Notes: a model not told the origin generated them from the sequence alone. 64,000 bases of DNA from Rhodospirillales bacterium (GCA_022822205.1 JAJECC010000062.1:1831-65830), one strand, 5' to 3'; shown: positions 10,196 to 21,958, counted from the first letter of the stretch. Translations and numbers: made by a program.

Positions 10196-11629
10196 CTATT
10201 TCGGACTTCTCAGGACAGGGATGTTGAGTTCGCGAATTTTCTTCCTGAGCGTGTTCCGGTTCAGTCCCAGCAGCTTGGCGGCGCGCAGCTGATTACCCCG
10301 CGTCGCAGCCAGCGACTGCGAGATAAGCGGGCGCTCGACTTCCTTCAGCACCCGGTCATAGAGCCCGGCCGGTGGCATGACATTGCCGTGCGCCGCAAAG
10401 TAGTCTCTCAAATGAACCTCGACGGCGTCGCCGATACCGTTGCCGGCGCGGTTGGTCGGTTCCGGCGGCGGCTCGACGGCCAGTTCGGCCTCGATCGCCT
10501 GGATGCCGATGGTTTCTTCCGAATAAAGCGCGGCGAGCCGGCGGACCAGATTCTCCATCTCGCGCACGTTGCCCGGCCAATGATAGGCCTGCATCCGATC
10601 CAGGGCCGATTCGTCGATGCTCTTCCACGGCAGGCCCTCGTCGGCGCATTGGCTCAGGAAATGGCTGACCAGCTCCGGAATATCCTCCCGGCGCTCGCGC
10701 ACCGCAGGCATCCTGATCGGCACCACGTTCAGCCGGTAATACAGGTCTTCCCGAAACAGACCCTGGCGAATGAGCTGGGTCAGATCGCGGTGCGTGGCGG
10801 CGATAATCCGGACGTTGGCCCTGATGGGCGTCCGCCCGCCGACCGTCGTGTATTCGCCTCCCTGCAGGACCCGGAGCAAACGGGTCTGGGCTTCGGCGGG
10901 CATGTCCCCGATTTCGTCGAGGAAGAGGGTGCCGCCCTCCGCCTGCTCGAAGCTGCCGGACGCCCGTGCGGTTGCGCCGGTAAAGGATCCTTTTTCGTGA
11001 CCGAACAGCTCGCTCTCGATGAGTTCGCGGGGGATCGCCGCCATGTTGAGGGCGATGAACGGGTGATGCTTGCGCTTGCCGTAATCGTGCAGCGCGCGGG
11101 CGGCCAGTTCCTTGCCGGTGCCCGACTCGCCGGAAATCAGAACCGTGAGGTCCGTACCCATCAGCCGCGCAAGCGAGCGGTATACCTCCTGCATGGCGGC
11201 CGAGCGGCCGATCAGGGGCAGCGTCTCATCGCCGCCCCGCTCCGGCGCATCCTGGGGCTCGGGGGTGGTCTCCAACGCCCGCCGCACGACGCTGATCAGT
11301 TCGTTGAGGTCGAACGGCTTGGGGAGATACTCGAAGGCGCCGCGCTGGGTGGCGTTGACCGCGGTCATCATCGTGTTTTGGGCGCTCATCACGATGACGC
11401 GAAGTTCCGGGCGAATTTTCTTGATCCGGGGTATGAGGTCGAGGCCGTTCTCGTCGGGCATCACGACGTCGGTAACGACCACATTGCCCTCGCCGTCGTT
11501 GACCCACTTCCACAGGGTGGCCGCGTTTCCGGTCGTCCGGACCTCAAAGCCGACGCGGCCCAGCGCCTGGCTGACCACCGTGCGGATGGCGCCGTCGTCG
11601 TCCGCGACGAGTACGGTGGAATTAGTCAT
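10196..11629 (-). CDS. ntrC: Nitrogen regulation response regulator NtrC (sigma-54 activator)
   Basis: Receiver domain (VLVADDD), AAA+ domain ([14 protein letters not shown]) and a C-terminal HTH. The start overlaps the ntrB stop by 8 nt. Confidence 0.93.
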   Translation of the reverse strand: MTNSTVLVADDDGAIRTVVSQALGRVGFEVRTTGNAATLWKWVNDGEGNVVVTDVVMPDENGLDLIPRIKKIRPELRVIVMSAQNTMMTAVNATQRGAFEYLPKPFDLNELISVVRRALETTPEPQDAPERGGDETLPLIGRSAAMQEVYRSLARLMGTDLTVLISGESGTGKELAARALHDYGKRKHHPFIALNMAAIPRELIESELFGHEKGSFTGATARASGSFEQAEGGTLFLDEIGDMPAEAQTRLLRVLQGGEYTTVGGRTPIRANVRIIAATHRDLTQLIRQGLFREDLYYRLNVVPIRMPAVRERREDIPELVSHFLSQCADEGLPWKSIDESALDRMQAYHWPGNVREMENLVRRLAALYSEETIGIQAIEAELAVEPPPEPTNRAGNGIGDAVEVHLRDYFAAHGNVMPPAGLYDRVLKEVERPLISQSLAATRGNQLRAAKLLGLNRNTLRKKIRELNIPVLRSPK

Positions 11630-12743
11630 CGTCTTCTTCCCGAGGTTGCTGGGCGACGGCGAGCATCACCTTGAACATCGTCCGGCCCGGGACGCTGTCG
11701 AACTCGATGACGCCGCCGTGGTCGTCGACCATCTTGGCGACCAGCGCGAGCCCAAGACCGCTGCCCTTGGGTTTCCCGGTCACGAAGGGGTCGAACAGGT
11801 GATCCCGCAAATCCTCCGGAATGCCGTCTCCGTTATCCTGAACCGAGACGACAAGCGGAAGGTTGGTGCGGGTGGACAGGCCGGGGACGGCGAACCTCAC
11901 GCTGTGCTGGTACGCGGTGGCAATCGTAATTTCGCCCCCCTTTTCCGGCGCCGCCTCGGCGGCGTTCTTGACCAGATTCAGAAAAATCTGAACCAGCTGG
12001 TCGAAGTCACCGTCCACGGCCGGCAGGGACGGGTCATATATTTCACGAATCCGCACGTGGTTCGCGAAGCCGTTGCGGGCCAGCGTGATGACCCGCTCCA
12101 ATACCTGGTGGATGTTTACCGCGGTCCGCTCCAGGGGGCGCTGGTCGGAAAACACCTCCATGCGATCGACGAGCGCCGTGATCCTGTCGGTTTCGTCGCA
12201 AATCAGGCGGGTAAGCGTTTTGTCCTCGGGCTCGGAATTCTGTTCCAGGAGCTGCGCCGCCCCGCGGATGCCGGAGAGCGGGTTCTTCACCTCGTGAGCC
12301 AGCATGGCGGCCATGGCGGTCACCGAGCGCGCCGAGTTGCGGTGCGTCAGTTGGCGCTCGATCTTGTCGGCAATGGACCGCTCGAAAAATGCCAGCACCA
12401 CATGGTCCGGCTGGTCGCCCAGCCGCCCCGCCTGCACATTGACGAAATGCTTGTCGATCCGGGGGGATTCCAGGGTCAGGCCGTATTCCGAAACGGCCGC
12501 GCCGGCATCGCGGACCAGGTCGATGATGGTGAATACCGGACTGTCCCCGGGCAGCAGCGTATGGAGCGGCGTCCCGAAAAGCTGTCCGGCGCTCGCCGAA
12601 AGAAACTGTTCGCCCCGGCTGTTGAGAAAGACGATCCGGTTGGACGAGTCGACGACGACGACCGCCGATTCCAGGGCGTTCAGGATCCCGTCAACATCAA
12701 TGGGTGTTGGCGGCGGCACCGACATGGCGAGGTCCCGGTTCAT
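11622..12743 (-). CDS. ntrB: Nitrogen regulation sensor kinase NtrB
   Basis: PAS-like N-terminus, the H-box [19 protein letters not shown] and GSGLGLALV. There is an ATGA overlap with the dusB stop. Confidence 0.9.
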   Translation of the reverse strand: MNRDLAMSVPPPTPIDVDGILNALESAVVVVDSSNRIVFLNSRGEQFLSASAGQLFGTPLHTLLPGDSPVFTIIDLVRDAGAAVSEYGLTLESPRIDKHFVNVQAGRLGDQPDHVVLAFFERSIADKIERQLTHRNSARSVTAMAAMLAHEVKNPLSGIRGAAQLLEQNSEPEDKTLTRLICDETDRITALVDRMEVFSDQRPLERTAVNIHQVLERVITLARNGFANHVRIREIYDPSLPAVDGDFDQLVQIFLNLVKNAAEAAPEKGGEITIATAYQHSVRFAVPGLSTRTNLPLVVSVQDNGDGIPEDLRDHLFDPFVTGKPKGSGLGLALVAKMVDDHGGVIEFDSVPGRTMFKVMLAVAQQPREEDDD

Positions 12744-13753
12744 GCGGCGCGCCGTTCCGCCAGCGGCTCGTAGAAGCCGTTGATGGCCGCTTTGACCGCC
12801 GCCGGGTCGGTCATTCGCATGACGCTGTCGCGGAAGCCCGCCGAATTGTGCAGCCCCCGGCTATACCAGCCGATGTGTTTCCGGGCGATACGGACACCGC
12901 GCTCGGTGCCGTAATGGGAGAGAATGTCGTCGTAGTGTCCCAGCAATGTCCGGTGCTGGACCGAAATATCCGGGTCCGGCCGTCTCCCGCCGGTTTCGAG
13001 ATAGTGTTCGATCTGGCCAAGAAACCAGGGCCGGCCATAGGAGCCGCGGCCAACCATTACCCCGTCGGCGCCGGATTGTTCGAGCAACGCGCCTGCGTCT
13101 TCGACCGAAGTGACGTCGCCATTGCCGATGACCGGAATGCTGACCGCCTCCTTGACCTTGCGGATAAACCCCCAGTCGGCATGTCCCTTGTAGAATTGGC
13201 AGCGGGTCCGTCCATGGACCGTCAGCATCTTGACGCCCGCCTCCTCGGCGATCCTCGCCAGCCGGGGCGCATTGCGCGACGAATCATCCCAGCCGGTGCG
13301 CATCTTGAGGGTGACCGGGAGGTCGACCGCGTTCACCACGGCCTCGATGAGTTTGCCGGCAAGCGCCTCGTCGCGCATCAGCGCCGAGCCCGCGTGGCCA
13401 TTCGTCACCTTCTTGACCGGGCATCCCATGTTGATGTCGATGATCGCCGCGCCGCGGTCCGCATTGAGCCGCGCCGCCTCGGCCATGGGTTCCGGCTCGC
13501 AGCCGGCCAGCTGGACCGCCATCGGAAATTCCTCGGCGCAGTTGCTGGCCATCTTCATGGTCTTCTTGTTGGCATAAATCATGGCCACGCTGGCGATCAT
13601 CTCGGAGATAACCAGTCCGGCGCCGTGACGTTTGACCAGGCGCCGATACGGCATGTCGGTGACGCCCGACATGGGCGCCAGCAGCACGCGGGAGGTCAGC
13701 CGGATCGGGCCGATTTCAATGGGCATGGAATGACTCGCCGAAATTTTGCCCAT
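12740..13753 (-). CDS. dusB: tRNA-dihydrouridine synthase B (NifR3)
   Basis: The translation [13 protein letters not shown]...[11 protein letters not shown]...TVHGRTR fits, as does its position upstream of ntrBC. Confidence 0.92.
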   Translation of the reverse strand: MGKISASHSMPIEIGPIRLTSRVLLAPMSGVTDMPYRRLVKRHGAGLVISEMIASVAMIYANKKTMKMASNCAEEFPMAVQLAGCEPEPMAEAARLNADRGAAIIDINMGCPVKKVTNGHAGSALMRDEALAGKLIEAVVNAVDLPVTLKMRTGWDDSSRNAPRLARIAEEAGVKMLTVHGRTRCQFYKGHADWGFIRKVKEAVSIPVIGNGDVTSVEDAGALLEQSGADGVMVGRGSYGRPWFLGQIEHYLETGGRRPDPDISVQHRTLLGHYDDILSHYGTERGVRIARKHIGWYSRGLHNSAGFRDSVMRMTDPAAVKAAINGFYEPLAERRAA

Positions 13754-13808
13754 AAAATGAGCATTTTTGCCAGGAAAGCAACGATTTGCTGGGCCGAAAG
13801 GCGGTTTT

Positions 13809-14609
13809 TTATACGAGCAGGATGTCGGTTACCAGTTTCACTCCCGGATAACCGAGGGTGAGCAACAGATAGGCCAACAGGACCAGCCGGGCCGCCGAGC
13901 GTCCCCGGATGCCCGAGCGAAAGTGCAAAAACAGCAGAAGTCCGACGACGACGAATACGCCGAGGGTGAGCACCGTCTTGTGGTCAAACGCGATCAACCG
14001 GCCGGACGTCGAGTAGAGGGTAGCCATTCCGGTCGCCAAACCGGCGGCGAGAACCGCTTCGCCGGCCATCAGAAGCCGCACCGTAAGGCGCTCGCTATCG
14101 GCAACCGATGGAAGCCGGCGCGACAGGCCGGTGGCCTGCCGGCGTTTGAGCGAGCGTTCCTGGAGCATCGCCGCAAGGGCGGAGATGGCGGCCAGGGTCA
14201 CCAAACCGTAGGTCGCGACGGAAACCGCGATGTGGGTGCCGATCCAGGCCAGCGGGACGCCGCCGGCGAGCGGCCGCGACGGCGCCTGACCCCAAATGGT
14301 CGCCAGCACGGCGAGGAGGATCAGGTAGGGCACCAACAGCGGCGTCAAACGCCACCCCTGTTGGGATACCAGGGCGACGAATGCGTAGATCACCAGACAG
14401 GTAACGACGGTCAGCCAAAGCGCCGTGGAGAGGCCGGTTTGCCATCCCTCGGCCTGGCGGACATAGACCCAAAGGGCCGGCCCGGCGACGGCCACCGCCA
14501 TCACGGCCCAATACACCCCGTCCCGCGCGGGCGTCTTCCGGAGCGCCACGACGGCTGCCGGAATAAGCGCCAGAAGCGCCGAGAGGTTGAGAATGAAACT
14601 TGTCGACAT
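13809..14609 (-). CDS. Cytochrome c assembly family (CcsA/YpjD-like) inner-membrane protein
   Basis: A polytopic hydrophobic protein of about 266 aa starting at MSTSFILNL. The family call is from overall resemblance only. Confidence 0.6.
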   Translation of the reverse strand: MSTSFILNLSALLALIPAAVVALRKTPARDGVYWAVMAVAVAGPALWVYVRQAEGWQTGLSTALWLTVVTCLVIYAFVALVSQQGWRLTPLLVPYLILLAVLATIWGQAPSRPLAGGVPLAWIGTHIAVSVATYGLVTLAAISALAAMLQERSLKRRQATGLSRRLPSVADSERLTVRLLMAGEAVLAAGLATGMATLYSTSGRLIAFDHKTVLTLGVFVVVGLLLFLHFRSGIRGRSAARLVLLAYLLLTLGYPGVKLVTDILLV

Positions 14610-14736
14610 GTCGAAGGTGTGGCTCAGGTCCCGGCTTGCATATGCCGGCAGAGACCTACGCCCTCGCCCGCTCCTTGGCAAGACGCCCCGCGCATTCTAC
14701 GTTGAAACAATACCCTGACCATCGGACGGGACGACA

Positions 14737-15888
14737 TTGCCGAACCCACCTCGCATCGCCGCGCTGATCGTCTCCGCCGGGCGCGGGCATCGTTTCGGCG
14801 GCGGGACGCCCAAGCAATTTCTGCCGTTGGGGCCGAAATCCGTATTGGCGCGCAGCATCGAGGCGTTTTTGGGGCATCCGTCGGTAACCCAGGTTCGCGC
14901 CGTCATCCATCCGGATGATGTAGAGCTTTACGAGGCCGCGCTGGATCGGATCGACGTTCCGCCGCCGATCTTCGGCGGACCCGAACGGCAGGATTCGGTG
15001 CGTCTCGGTCTGCAGGGCCTCGCCGGGTCACGGCCTGACGTGGTGTTGATTCACGACGCCGTCCGGCCCCTGGTGCCGGCCGGGCTGATCGACCGCGTCG
15101 TTGCCGCGGTTGGCCCCGGGGTCGCGGCCCTGCCGGCCCTGCCGGTGACCGATACGTTGAAGCGCGCCGTCGATGGGACCGTTGAGACCGTCGACCGATC
15201 CGAATTGTGGCGCGCGCAGACGCCGCAAGGCTTCGTGTTCCGGGAGATTTTGTCGGCGCACGAAGCGGCCGCCGGCAATGCGCTGACCGATGACGCCGCC
15301 GTGGCCGAGGCGGCCGGGCTGCGGGTCGAAATGGTTGAAGGGGCCGAGGAAAACCTCAAAATCACCACGCAGGAGGATCTGGAGAGAGTTCGCACCATGA
15401 TCGGCGCGGAACCAGCGACCCGGGTCGGAACCGGGTACGATGTGCACCGGTTCACGCAAGGGGACCGGGTGATCCTTTGCGGCGTGGAAATCCCGCACGG
15501 CGCGGCATTGGAGGGTCATTCCGATGCGGATGCCGGGTTGCATGCCTTGACCGATGCGCTTCTGGGGGCCGCCGGCCTTGGCGACATCGGCACGTTTTTT
15601 CCGCCGTCGGATGAACAATGGCGTGACGCGCCGTCTCACATTTTCCTCTCCCACGCGGCCGCCATGATCGCCGAACGGGGCGGATCGGTGGTGAATGCCG
15701 ACATCACCATCATCTGCGAGAACCCGAAAATCGGGCCTTACCGCGAGCAAATGCGTGCACGGGTGGCGGAAATTCTGAGCGTCGACGAGAGCGCCGTGAA
15801 CATCAAGGGGACGACAACCGAGCGGCTCGGGTTTACCGGGCGCGAGGAGGGCATTGCGGCCCAAGCAGTGGCAACGATTAAAATGTGA
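14737..15888 (+). CDS. ispDF: Bifunctional IspD/IspF (MEP cytidylyltransferase / MEcPP synthase)
   Basis: The N-terminal half has AALIVSAGRGHRFGG. The C-terminal half has GTGYDVHRF...GHSDADAGLHALTDA. Confidence 0.93.
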   Translation: MPNPPRIAALIVSAGRGHRFGGGTPKQFLPLGPKSVLARSIEAFLGHPSVTQVRAVIHPDDVELYEAALDRIDVPPPIFGGPERQDSVRLGLQGLAGSRPDVVLIHDAVRPLVPAGLIDRVVAAVGPGVAALPALPVTDTLKRAVDGTVETVDRSELWRAQTPQGFVFREILSAHEAAAGNALTDDAAVAEAAGLRVEMVEGAEENLKITTQEDLERVRTMIGAEPATRVGTGYDVHRFTQGDRVILCGVEIPHGAALEGHSDADAGLHALTDALLGAAGLGDIGTFFPPSDEQWRDAPSHIFLSHAAAMIAERGGSVVNADITIICENPKIGPYREQMRARVAEILSVDESAVNIKGTTTERLGFTGREEGIAAQAVATIKM

Positions 15889-15900
15889 CAGATCAACCTG

Positions 15901-16215
15901 TTACAATGTTTTTTCGACAATCCAGTTAAGGAATTTCCCGGCCCCCCGCCCGATAGCGATCTCGATGGCGCAAGGCGTGTCGTAGGAATGAAGCTGCTCG
16001 ATCCTCGAGATCACGTCGCCGGCCCGTTCGCTTCTTGTCTTGACGATCATCGCCACCTCCGGTTCCTGTCGGACCGCGCCCTCCCATCGGTAGATGGAGG
16101 TCGTTTCGCCCAGAATATTGGCGCACGCCGCCAGACGCTCCCCGACCAGAGCGGTTCCGATCTTCGCCGCTTCATCGCGACTGGCGGCGGTCATATAGAT
16201 CAGCGAAACGGTCAT
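15901..16215 (-). CDS. cutA: Divalent-cation tolerance protein CutA
   Basis: 104 aa, with the CutA1 pattern LAACANI...SIYRWEG...E..MIVKT...YD.P. Confidence 0.85.
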   Translation of the reverse strand: MTVSLIYMTAASRDEAAKIGTALVGERLAACANILGETTSIYRWEGAVRQEPEVAMIVKTRSERAGDVISRIEQLHSYDTPCAIEIAIGRGAGKFLNWIVEKTL

Positions 16216-16257
16216 TTCCGGGCCCTCCTTGGAACCGGGGTTAATCTAAACTAGGAT

Positions 16258-16563
16258 GTGCCGTTCGTCATGGTCCGGGGAGGAACCGCCATGGAACTCC
16301 ATGCCCGAAACGGGCGTGAACAAACGGTCGGCGCGTCCGGCGTGCGGCCGAGCGCGGCGCAGCGCCGCTGGCTTGAACGCGGGCTCGATCAGCCGGGGGG
16401 CAAGCTGCCTCTGTTCGATTCCGAGGGACAGAAGGTTTCCCGGCGGACGGTGGAAAGCTGCATCAAGCAGGGCTGGGCCGAGCCGTGGTTCGACAATCCG
16501 CTCAAAAAGGATTGGATTGTCTGTAAATTGACCGAAGAGGGCCGCCGCGCCGTGAGCCGCTGA
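16258..16563 (+). CDS. Small hypothetical protein, abuts queF (stop TGA is directly followed by the queF ATG)
   Basis: ORF of up to 101 aa; the start could instead be the ATG at 16291. I recognise no family. Coding is suggested mainly by the tight junction with queF. Confidence 0.45.
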   Translation: MPFVMVRGGTAMELHARNGREQTVGASGVRPSAAQRRWLERGLDQPGGKLPLFDSEGQKVSRRTVESCIKQGWAEPWFDNPLKKDWIVCKLTEEGRRAVSR

Positions 16564-17028
16564 ATGTCGGGGGAAAATTATACCGGGCTCGACCAGCTGG
16601 GCCGCCATGCGGCGCCGCCCGAATCGCCGGAGGCGGCGGTGCTGGAAAAAGTCCCCAATCCCCATCCGGGGGACGCCTACGTCGTCCGGTTCACCTGCCC
16701 CGAGTTCACGTCCGTCTGTCCGGTGACGGGCCAGCCCGATTTCGCGCATCTGGTGATCGATTACGTGCCCGGGCCGTCACTGGTGGAAAGCAAGTCGCTG
16801 AAGCTCTACCTGGGCTCGTTCCGCAATCACGCCGCCTTCCACGAGGATTGCACCGTCGGCATCGCCAAGCGGCTGCAGGCCGAAATCGAACCGCAGTGGC
16901 TGCGTATCGGCGGCTACTGGTATCCCCGGGGCGGAATTCCCATCGACGTGTTTTATCAACTCGGGGAACTGCCCGGGGACGTTTGGCTGCCGGACCAGGG
17001 GGTCTCGCCCTACCGGGGACGCGGCTGA
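16564..17028 (+). CDS. queF: NADPH-dependent 7-cyano-7-deazaguanine reductase QueF
   Basis: Has the QueF motif [22 protein letters not shown] and ES.S.KLYL. Confidence 0.93.
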   Translation: MSGENYTGLDQLGRHAAPPESPEAAVLEKVPNPHPGDAYVVRFTCPEFTSVCPVTGQPDFAHLVIDYVPGPSLVESKSLKLYLGSFRNHAAFHEDCTVGIAKRLQAEIEPQWLRIGGYWYPRGGIPIDVFYQLGELPGDVWLPDQGVSPYRGRG

Positions 17029-17030
17029 GT

Positions 17031-17366
17031 TCAGGCGTCGAGGACGATCTCGCCGCCGCGCACACCTACCGAAAGCTTGACCAGGCTTTGACCCTCGGCC
17101 GGACCGCCGACACAGCGGCCATCGTCTATGGCGAACAAGGCGCCATGTTTGCCGCAGCGGATCAGCTTTTTGTCGCCGCTGAAAAATTGCCCCGGAACCT
17201 GGTCGATGAAGTCCTGGGCGTGCGGGCACCAGTTCAAATAGGCGAACACCCCGCCATCCTTGCGGACGACGAAAATGTTTCGCTGTTTGCCGTCGACGCG
17301 GGCGACCAGGGCCTTCGCGGCGCCCTCTTCCAGTTCGTCCAGCCGCATCAGGGTTTGTTCAGCCAT
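17031..17366 (-). CDS. Rieske [2Fe-2S] domain protein
   Basis: Has CPH-x21-CGKH. I take the start at MAEQTL (17366). The longer ORF extension runs through the tRNA terminator. Confidence 0.75.
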   Translation of the reverse strand: MAEQTLMRLDELEEGAAKALVARVDGKQRNIFVVRKDGGVFAYLNWCPHAQDFIDQVPGQFFSGDKKLIRCGKHGALFAIDDGRCVGGPAEGQSLVKLSVGVRGGEIVLDA

Positions 17367-17474
17367 CGGGCGTTCCCGGGTTGAAATCTTCGTTCCGGCA
17401 ACCGTTTGCCGTCCCGCCGGTCGAATTGCAACCGAAATCAGCGATGGAAACCGCGGCGGCCCGCAAATGAATTC

Positions 17475-17499
17475 GGGGCCCCGCCGCCGGCGGGGCCCC
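17475..17499 (-). terminator. GC-rich hairpin downstream of tRNA-Pro
   Basis: GGGGCCCCGCC-GGC-GGCGGGGCCCC forms a perfect 11-bp stem 8 nt past the tRNA 3' end. The downstream T tract is weak (ATTT). Confidence 0.55.
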
Positions 17500-17507
17500 G
17501 TCAATGT

Positions 17508-17584
17508 TGGTCGGGGAGACAGGATTTGAACCTGCGACCTTTCGACCCCCAGTCGAATGCGCTACCAGGCTGCGCCACTCCCCG
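17508..17584 (-). tRNA. tRNA-Pro (anticodon GGG)
   Basis: The reverse complement reads CGGGGAGTGGCGCAGCCTGGTAGCGCATTCGACTGGGGGTCGAAAGGTCGCAGGTTCAAATCCTGTCTCCCCGACCA. It has a 7-bp acceptor stem, the anticodon loop CTGGGGG, GTTCAAATC in the T-loop and an encoded CCA. Confidence 0.95.
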
Positions 17585-17651
17585 ACAGGTCCCTTGAAGG
17601 GGCGCGAACTATACTCAGAGGCTTGCCCAAGGGCAATGCGCCCGTGCCGGC

Positions 17652-18047
17652 CTAAACGAGTTTCCTGATGTCTTCGAGTTCGGCGAGAATTTGCCGTAAC
17701 GCCGCTTTCTCACTATCGCCGAGGCCGCCATCGGAAGCCTGCGGCGACGCATATTCGGCCCCGTCGGCGCCCCGGCCCGATTCTTGTTTCAGCAGCTTCT
17801 GCACACCCTTGATGGTGTAGCCGTCGTCATAGAGCAGTCCGCGGATACGCCTCAGAAGGTCGATATCCTCCGGCCGGTAATAGCGCCGGCCTCCGCCCCG
17901 CTTCATCGGTCTGATCTGCGAAAATTTGCCTTCCCAGAACCGGAGAACGTGTTGCGGCAAATCAAGCTCGGCCGCCACCTCGCTGATCGTCCGGAATGCA
18001 CTTGCGGATTTGTTGGACCGCCGCGCGGGCGGCGTTTCTGCCGGCAA
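17652..18047 (-). CDS. MerR family transcriptional regulator
   Basis: Has a MerR-type wHTH: [25 protein letters not shown]...[18 protein letters not shown]. Confidence 0.85.
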   Translation of the reverse strand: MPAETPPARRSNKSASAFRTISEVAAELDLPQHVLRFWEGKFSQIRPMKRGGGRRYYRPEDIDLLRRIRGLLYDDGYTIKGVQKLLKQESGRGADGAEYASPQASDGGLGDSEKAALRQILAELEDIRKLV

Positions 18048-18058
18048 CGGTTCGGCCC

Positions 18059-18370
18059 TTAATCGAGTTCGCCGGGTCCGGCGCCGCCGATGCGGGCCTT
18101 CAACACCTGGGACGGGCGGAAAACAAGCACCCGGCGCGGCAGGATCGGAACCTCCTCACCGGTCTTCGGGTTGCGGCCGATGCGCTGACCCTTGTTGCGG
18201 ATCGTGAAGCTGCCGAACGACGAAATCTTCACCGAATCGCCATTGGCAAGGGTTTGTGAAATTTTTTCCAGAACCAATTCGAGAAGATCCGCCGATTCAT
18301 TTCGCGACAGACCGACTTCTTGATAGACCGCCTCGCTCAACTGCTGGCGGGTAATCGTCTCTCCAGCCAT
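18059..18370 (-). CDS. ihfA: Integration host factor subunit alpha
   Basis: HU/IHF fold signature [29 protein letters not shown]. Confidence 0.93.
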   Translation of the reverse strand: MAGETITRQQLSEAVYQEVGLSRNESADLLELVLEKISQTLANGDSVKISSFGSFTIRNKGQRIGRNPKTGEEVPILPRRVLVFRPSQVLKARIGGAGPGELD

Positions 18371-18486
18371 CAGGCTATCCTTTGACCATCCCCTGCAGGA
18401 AACCTAAACCGGCCCGATTATGCCGTCAATATCAGAGGGATGGCGGAAATGGCTATTGCGTGAAACAGGTGACGGCTGTCACTGTC

Positions 18487-19464
18487 TTACCATCGAACCA
18501 GAGCCGCTCCCCAGGTCAGCCCGCCGCCCATCGCTTCCATCAGGATGAGATCGCCCTTCTTGATCCGGCCATCGCGGCGGGCGGCATCAAGCGCCAAGGG
18601 AATGGAGGCTGCCGAGGTATTGGCGTGATCCTGCACCGTCAGCACGACCTTGTCGGTATCCATGCCCAATTTCTTCGTGGTCGAATCGATGATCCGCTTA
18701 TTGGCCTGATGGGGTACGAGCCAATCGATCGCCGAAGATTCCAGGCCGTTCTCGTCCAGCGCCTCGGTCACGACATTCGCCAGATTGGTCACCGCGTGCT
18801 TGAAGACTTCCTTCCCCTGCATGCGGATGAAGCCGGACTGACCGGTGGTCGATGGGCCGCCGTCGCAATAAAGCAGCTCCGCCAGGCGGCCGTCGGAGTG
18901 GATATGGGTAGACAGAATGCCGCTTTCCGTGCCGAGACCGTTCTCCAGTTCCACACCCGTCATCACCACCGCGCCGGCGCCGTCGCCGAACAGCACGGAG
19001 GTCGACCGGTCATCCCAGTCGAGCAGGCGGGAAAGCGTGTCCGCACCGATCACCAGGGCGGTTTTGGATTGGCCCGATTTGATCAGTCCGTCGGCCACGG
19101 ACATGCCGTAAATGAACCCGGAGCATACGGCCTGAAGATCGAACGCGGCGCCCCCGTTCAGCTCGAGTTTGGCCTGTACCTGGACCGCGGTCGCGGGAAA
19201 GGTCCGGTCGGGGGTGGTGGTCCCGACTATTATCAAATCCACCTCGGCGGCATCCACGCCCGCGTCGTCCAGGGCCCGCCTGGCCGCTTCGTAGGCCATA
19301 TCCGAGGTGTATTCGTTCTCCGCCGCGACGCGGCGCTGGCGGATACCGGTCCGGGCGGCGATCCACTCGTCGGAGGTGTCGACCCGTTCGGCCAAATCGT
19401 CATTGGTGACGATTTTTTCCGGAAGGTATGAGCCGCTGCCCACCAATCGTGAATGAATACTCAT
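18487..19464 (-). CDS. fabH: 3-oxoacyl-ACP synthase III
   Basis: Has the active-site context AVCSGF, plus HQAN and GGG.TWG. Confidence 0.93.
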   Translation of the reverse strand: MSIHSRLVGSGSYLPEKIVTNDDLAERVDTSDEWIAARTGIRQRRVAAENEYTSDMAYEAARRALDDAGVDAAEVDLIIVGTTTPDRTFPATAVQVQAKLELNGGAAFDLQAVCSGFIYGMSVADGLIKSGQSKTALVIGADTLSRLLDWDDRSTSVLFGDGAGAVVMTGVELENGLGTESGILSTHIHSDGRLAELLYCDGGPSTTGQSGFIRMQGKEVFKHAVTNLANVVTEALDENGLESSAIDWLVPHQANKRIIDSTTKKLGMDTDKVVLTVQDHANTSAASIPLALDAARRDGRIKKGDLILMEAMGGGLTWGAALVRW

Positions 19465-20510
19465 TGGACCGCCGCCTTCTCCATGGTTGCTTCCGCCGCA
19501 ATCAATTCTTCCAGATCCTCGCGTATGCGCTCGTTGAATTCCCGGCGCACCAAATTGACCGCCGCGACGATGGCATTGGCGAACCCCACACCGTCAGTGC
19601 CGCCGTGGCTCTTTATGCAGATCCCGTTAAGGCCCACCAGCATAGCACCGTTATACTGGCGGGGATCGAACCGGTCCCGCATTGTTTGGAGGGCGGGCCG
19701 CGCGATCAGGGCGCCGAGCCGCGTGCGGAGCGAACTCAGAAGTGATTCCCTCAGGTAGTGGCCGAACAGCCGGACAGCCCCTTCGGCCGTTTTGAGCGCG
19801 ATGTTGCCCGTGAACCCGTCGGTTACGATGACGTCGACCGTGCCGGCGCTCAGGTCGTCGCCTTCCACAAATCCGTGAAATTTTATCGGCAGCGGTGATT
19901 CGGCCAGGATCGCCGCCGCTTTCTTGACGTGCTCATTGCCTTTGAGTCCCTCGACCCCGACGTTGAGAATGCCGATGGACGGCTGCTCGAGGCCCAGTTC
20001 GTTTCTGGCAAATACTTCACCCATGACCGCGAATTGAACCAGGCTGTCCGCGTCGCACTCGATATTTGCGCCGAGGTCGAGCATCACGGTCTGTCCGCGG
20101 AGTGTCGGAAATGCGCTCGCGATGGCCGGCCGCGCAATGCCGGGGAGCGTCCTGAGCACGATGGTCGCCATCGCCATCAGTGCGCCCGTATTCCCCGCGG
20201 AAACGACGGCATGAGCCTCACCGGTGTCGACCGCGTCGATTGCCAGCCTCATGCTCGAGTTTTTTCCCGTCCGCAAGGCGGTGGTTGGCTTGTCGTCCAT
20301 ACTGACCGCATCGGCCGTGTGGCGGATCGTGCAGGCGCGAGCCGTCTCCGTGTCCGCTTCAATGAGCGGCCTTAGCTGCGATTCATCGCCGAAAACGAGA
20401 AATTCAACGTCGGGCATCCGCCGGCGGGCCAGCGACAGGCCTTCGACGATCATGCCGGGAGCGTTGTCCCCTCCCATGCCGTCGACAGCGACAATGACGG
20501 CGTCAGGCAC
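19461..20510 (-). CDS. plsX: Phosphate acyltransferase PlsX
   Basis: The translation VDGMGGD.AP...SAGNTGA...GLNG fits. There is a 4-nt overlap with fabH. Confidence 0.93.
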   Translation of the reverse strand: MPDAVIVAVDGMGGDNAPGMIVEGLSLARRRMPDVEFLVFGDESQLRPLIEADTETARACTIRHTADAVSMDDKPTTALRTGKNSSMRLAIDAVDTGEAHAVVSAGNTGALMAMATIVLRTLPGIARPAIASAFPTLRGQTVMLDLGANIECDADSLVQFAVMGEVFARNELGLEQPSIGILNVGVEGLKGNEHVKKAAAILAESPLPIKFHGFVEGDDLSAGTVDVIVTDGFTGNIALKTAEGAVRLFGHYLRESLLSSLRTRLGALIARPALQTMRDRFDPRQYNGAMLVGLNGICIKSHGGTDGVGFANAIVAAVNLVRREFNERIREDLEELIAAEATMEKAAVQ

Positions 20511-20537
20511 GGAGGGCCTCCGGCGACAGGACCGGAG

Positions 20538-20723
20538 TTAAGCTACGGAATCGATATCGACGACTTCGCGTCCATCGTAGTAGCCGCAGGAAGAGCACAC
20601 GTGATGCGGCCGCTTCAGTTCGCCGCAATTGGGGCACTCGCCCCACGCCTGCGAGGTCAGCCGATCGTGGGCGCGTCGCATGTTTCTGCGCGACCGGGAC
20701 ACCTTCTTTTTCGGAACCGCCAT
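20538..20723 (-). CDS. rpmF: 50S ribosomal protein L32
   Basis: Reads [19 protein letters not shown], followed by a CxxC...CxxC zinc ribbon. Confidence 0.95.
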   Translation of the reverse strand: MAVPKKKVSRSRRNMRRAHDRLTSQAWGECPNCGELKRPHHVCSSCGYYDGREVVDIDSVA

Positions 20724-20852
20724 GGTTACGACTCTCGTTATGCAATTCTTGGATCAATTGATCTTTCCGATCAGGAGCGCGCTTCATATACAAATTCACC
20801 GCCCGGAGCAAGCGGCATAATCACCCATTCTAGCCGCAAAAACGGCTCAATG

Positions 20853-21410
20853 TCAGTCTTTGCGGTCGAGCATGTTTTTGAGGGCGGCAAACGGCTTGGC
20901 GGCGACGGACTCCGCCGGTTCGGAACCCTCCGAAGAGGCATAGCCGTTGAACTCGGCGTGGGCCGCCCTGGGGAATGGGTTTATCTCCAGCCCCAGTCGC
21001 TCCGCGGCGACTTCGCCGATATCGATGATCCCGTCAATGATCGGCTCGTCGGGGTCGTCTTCGTCCCATCCCACGTCCAATTCCGCCTGTTCTTCAGCGG
21101 CAGCCTCTGTCGAAAAAGTGCAATGAAACCGATGGCTTATGGAGTCGCGGACCGGCTCCAAGGTCACCACGCAGGGCTGTTCGACTTCGGCCTCGATCCG
21201 GCCTTCCACGCGGACCTGCACGTTCCCGGCCACCGGCTTCAACAAGAACTCCGCCGAAAATCGCACCAGTTCGTTCAGATCGAAGCGGCGAGCCAGCGCC
21301 GCCTGCTCGTCGCTGTCGGGTGCGATCCGAAACCGGTTGTCGCCGGCCTCCAATGACGTCACCTGGATAGGCCGAGAAAACTCGATGGCAGGCTTTTTTT
21401 CAGTCGTCAC
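20853..21410 (-). CDS. YceD/DUF177 family protein
   Basis: An acidic 185-aa protein upstream of rpmF, which is the classical yceD-rpmF-plsX-fabH order. Confidence 0.75.
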   Translation of the reverse strand: MTTEKKPAIEFSRPIQVTSLEAGDNRFRIAPDSDEQAALARRFDLNELVRFSAEFLLKPVAGNVQVRVEGRIEAEVEQPCVVTLEPVRDSISHRFHCTFSTEAAAEEQAELDVGWDEDDPDEPIIDGIIDIGEVAAERLGLEINPFPRAAHAEFNGYASSEGSEPAESVAAKPFAALKNMLDRKD

Positions 21411-21958
21411 CGCCGCGTATTCTCCGAATCGACGGGCGAGAACGCCAGTTCACCGGCATAAAGATCGTCGAGCGGCCATTCCTCGGATCGGGCAATCTCG
21501 GCGTGCACGTACGCGGCCATCGCCTCGGCAAGGGCGGGCTGCACATCCTCGCCGCGGTAAAGATTTCTTTTCAGCGCCGCGGCCATCCGCGCCTGGTCGC
21601 CGCGGGCTTCCTCGTAGGCCGCAACGCGCCCGTAAAACAGGCTTGCAAGTTCCTTGACCTTTTTGCCGACACGAAGATCGCCGATCCCCATCTCGCGAAG
21701 ATTTCCGTCCATATCGGCGAACATGAGGTCGAACAGCCTCTGGCCCAGCCGCGCGCTTTGCCGGGTGCCGGCGCGCAGGCGCCGCAGGACGATGAAGGCG
21801 AGCAGCGAAATCATGTCGAACCGTCCCTCAACGGTATCCGGAACGCCATACTCGACGTAGAAAACCGGGTTGCGGGCATGGGCGACGATGACGCCGTAGA
21901 GCTTGTGGACGGCATCCTTCTCGTTGGCGCGCGTTGTGAAGAGGTCGAGAATTCCCAT
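21407..21958 (-). CDS. Ubiquinol-cytochrome c chaperone (Cbp3-like) family protein
   Basis: The pattern LY..IV..AR.P.FY...GVPDT.EGRF.M..L resembles this family. There is a 4-nt overlap with yceD. Confidence 0.65.
   Translation of the reverse strand: MGILDLFTTRANEKDAVHKLYGVIVAHARNPVFYVEYGVPDTVEGRFDMISLLAFIVLRRLRAGTRQSARLGQRLFDLMFADMDGNLREMGIGDLRVGKKVKELASLFYGRVAAYEEARGDQARMAAALKRNLYRGEDVQPALAEAMAAYVHAEIARSEEWPLDDLYAGELAFSPVDSENTRR

Noticed and set aside
10163-11674. 503-aa plus-strand ORF, and similar long ORFs opposite ntrB, ntrY, ntrX, glyA, metY and metB
   Set aside because: They are antisense shadows of genes that have strong family motifs. None has its own recognisable domain.
17367-17504. 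N-terminal 46-aa extension of the Rieske ORF
   Set aside because: The extension reads through the tRNA-Pro terminator hairpin. The conserved Rieske domain starts at the internal ATG (17366).
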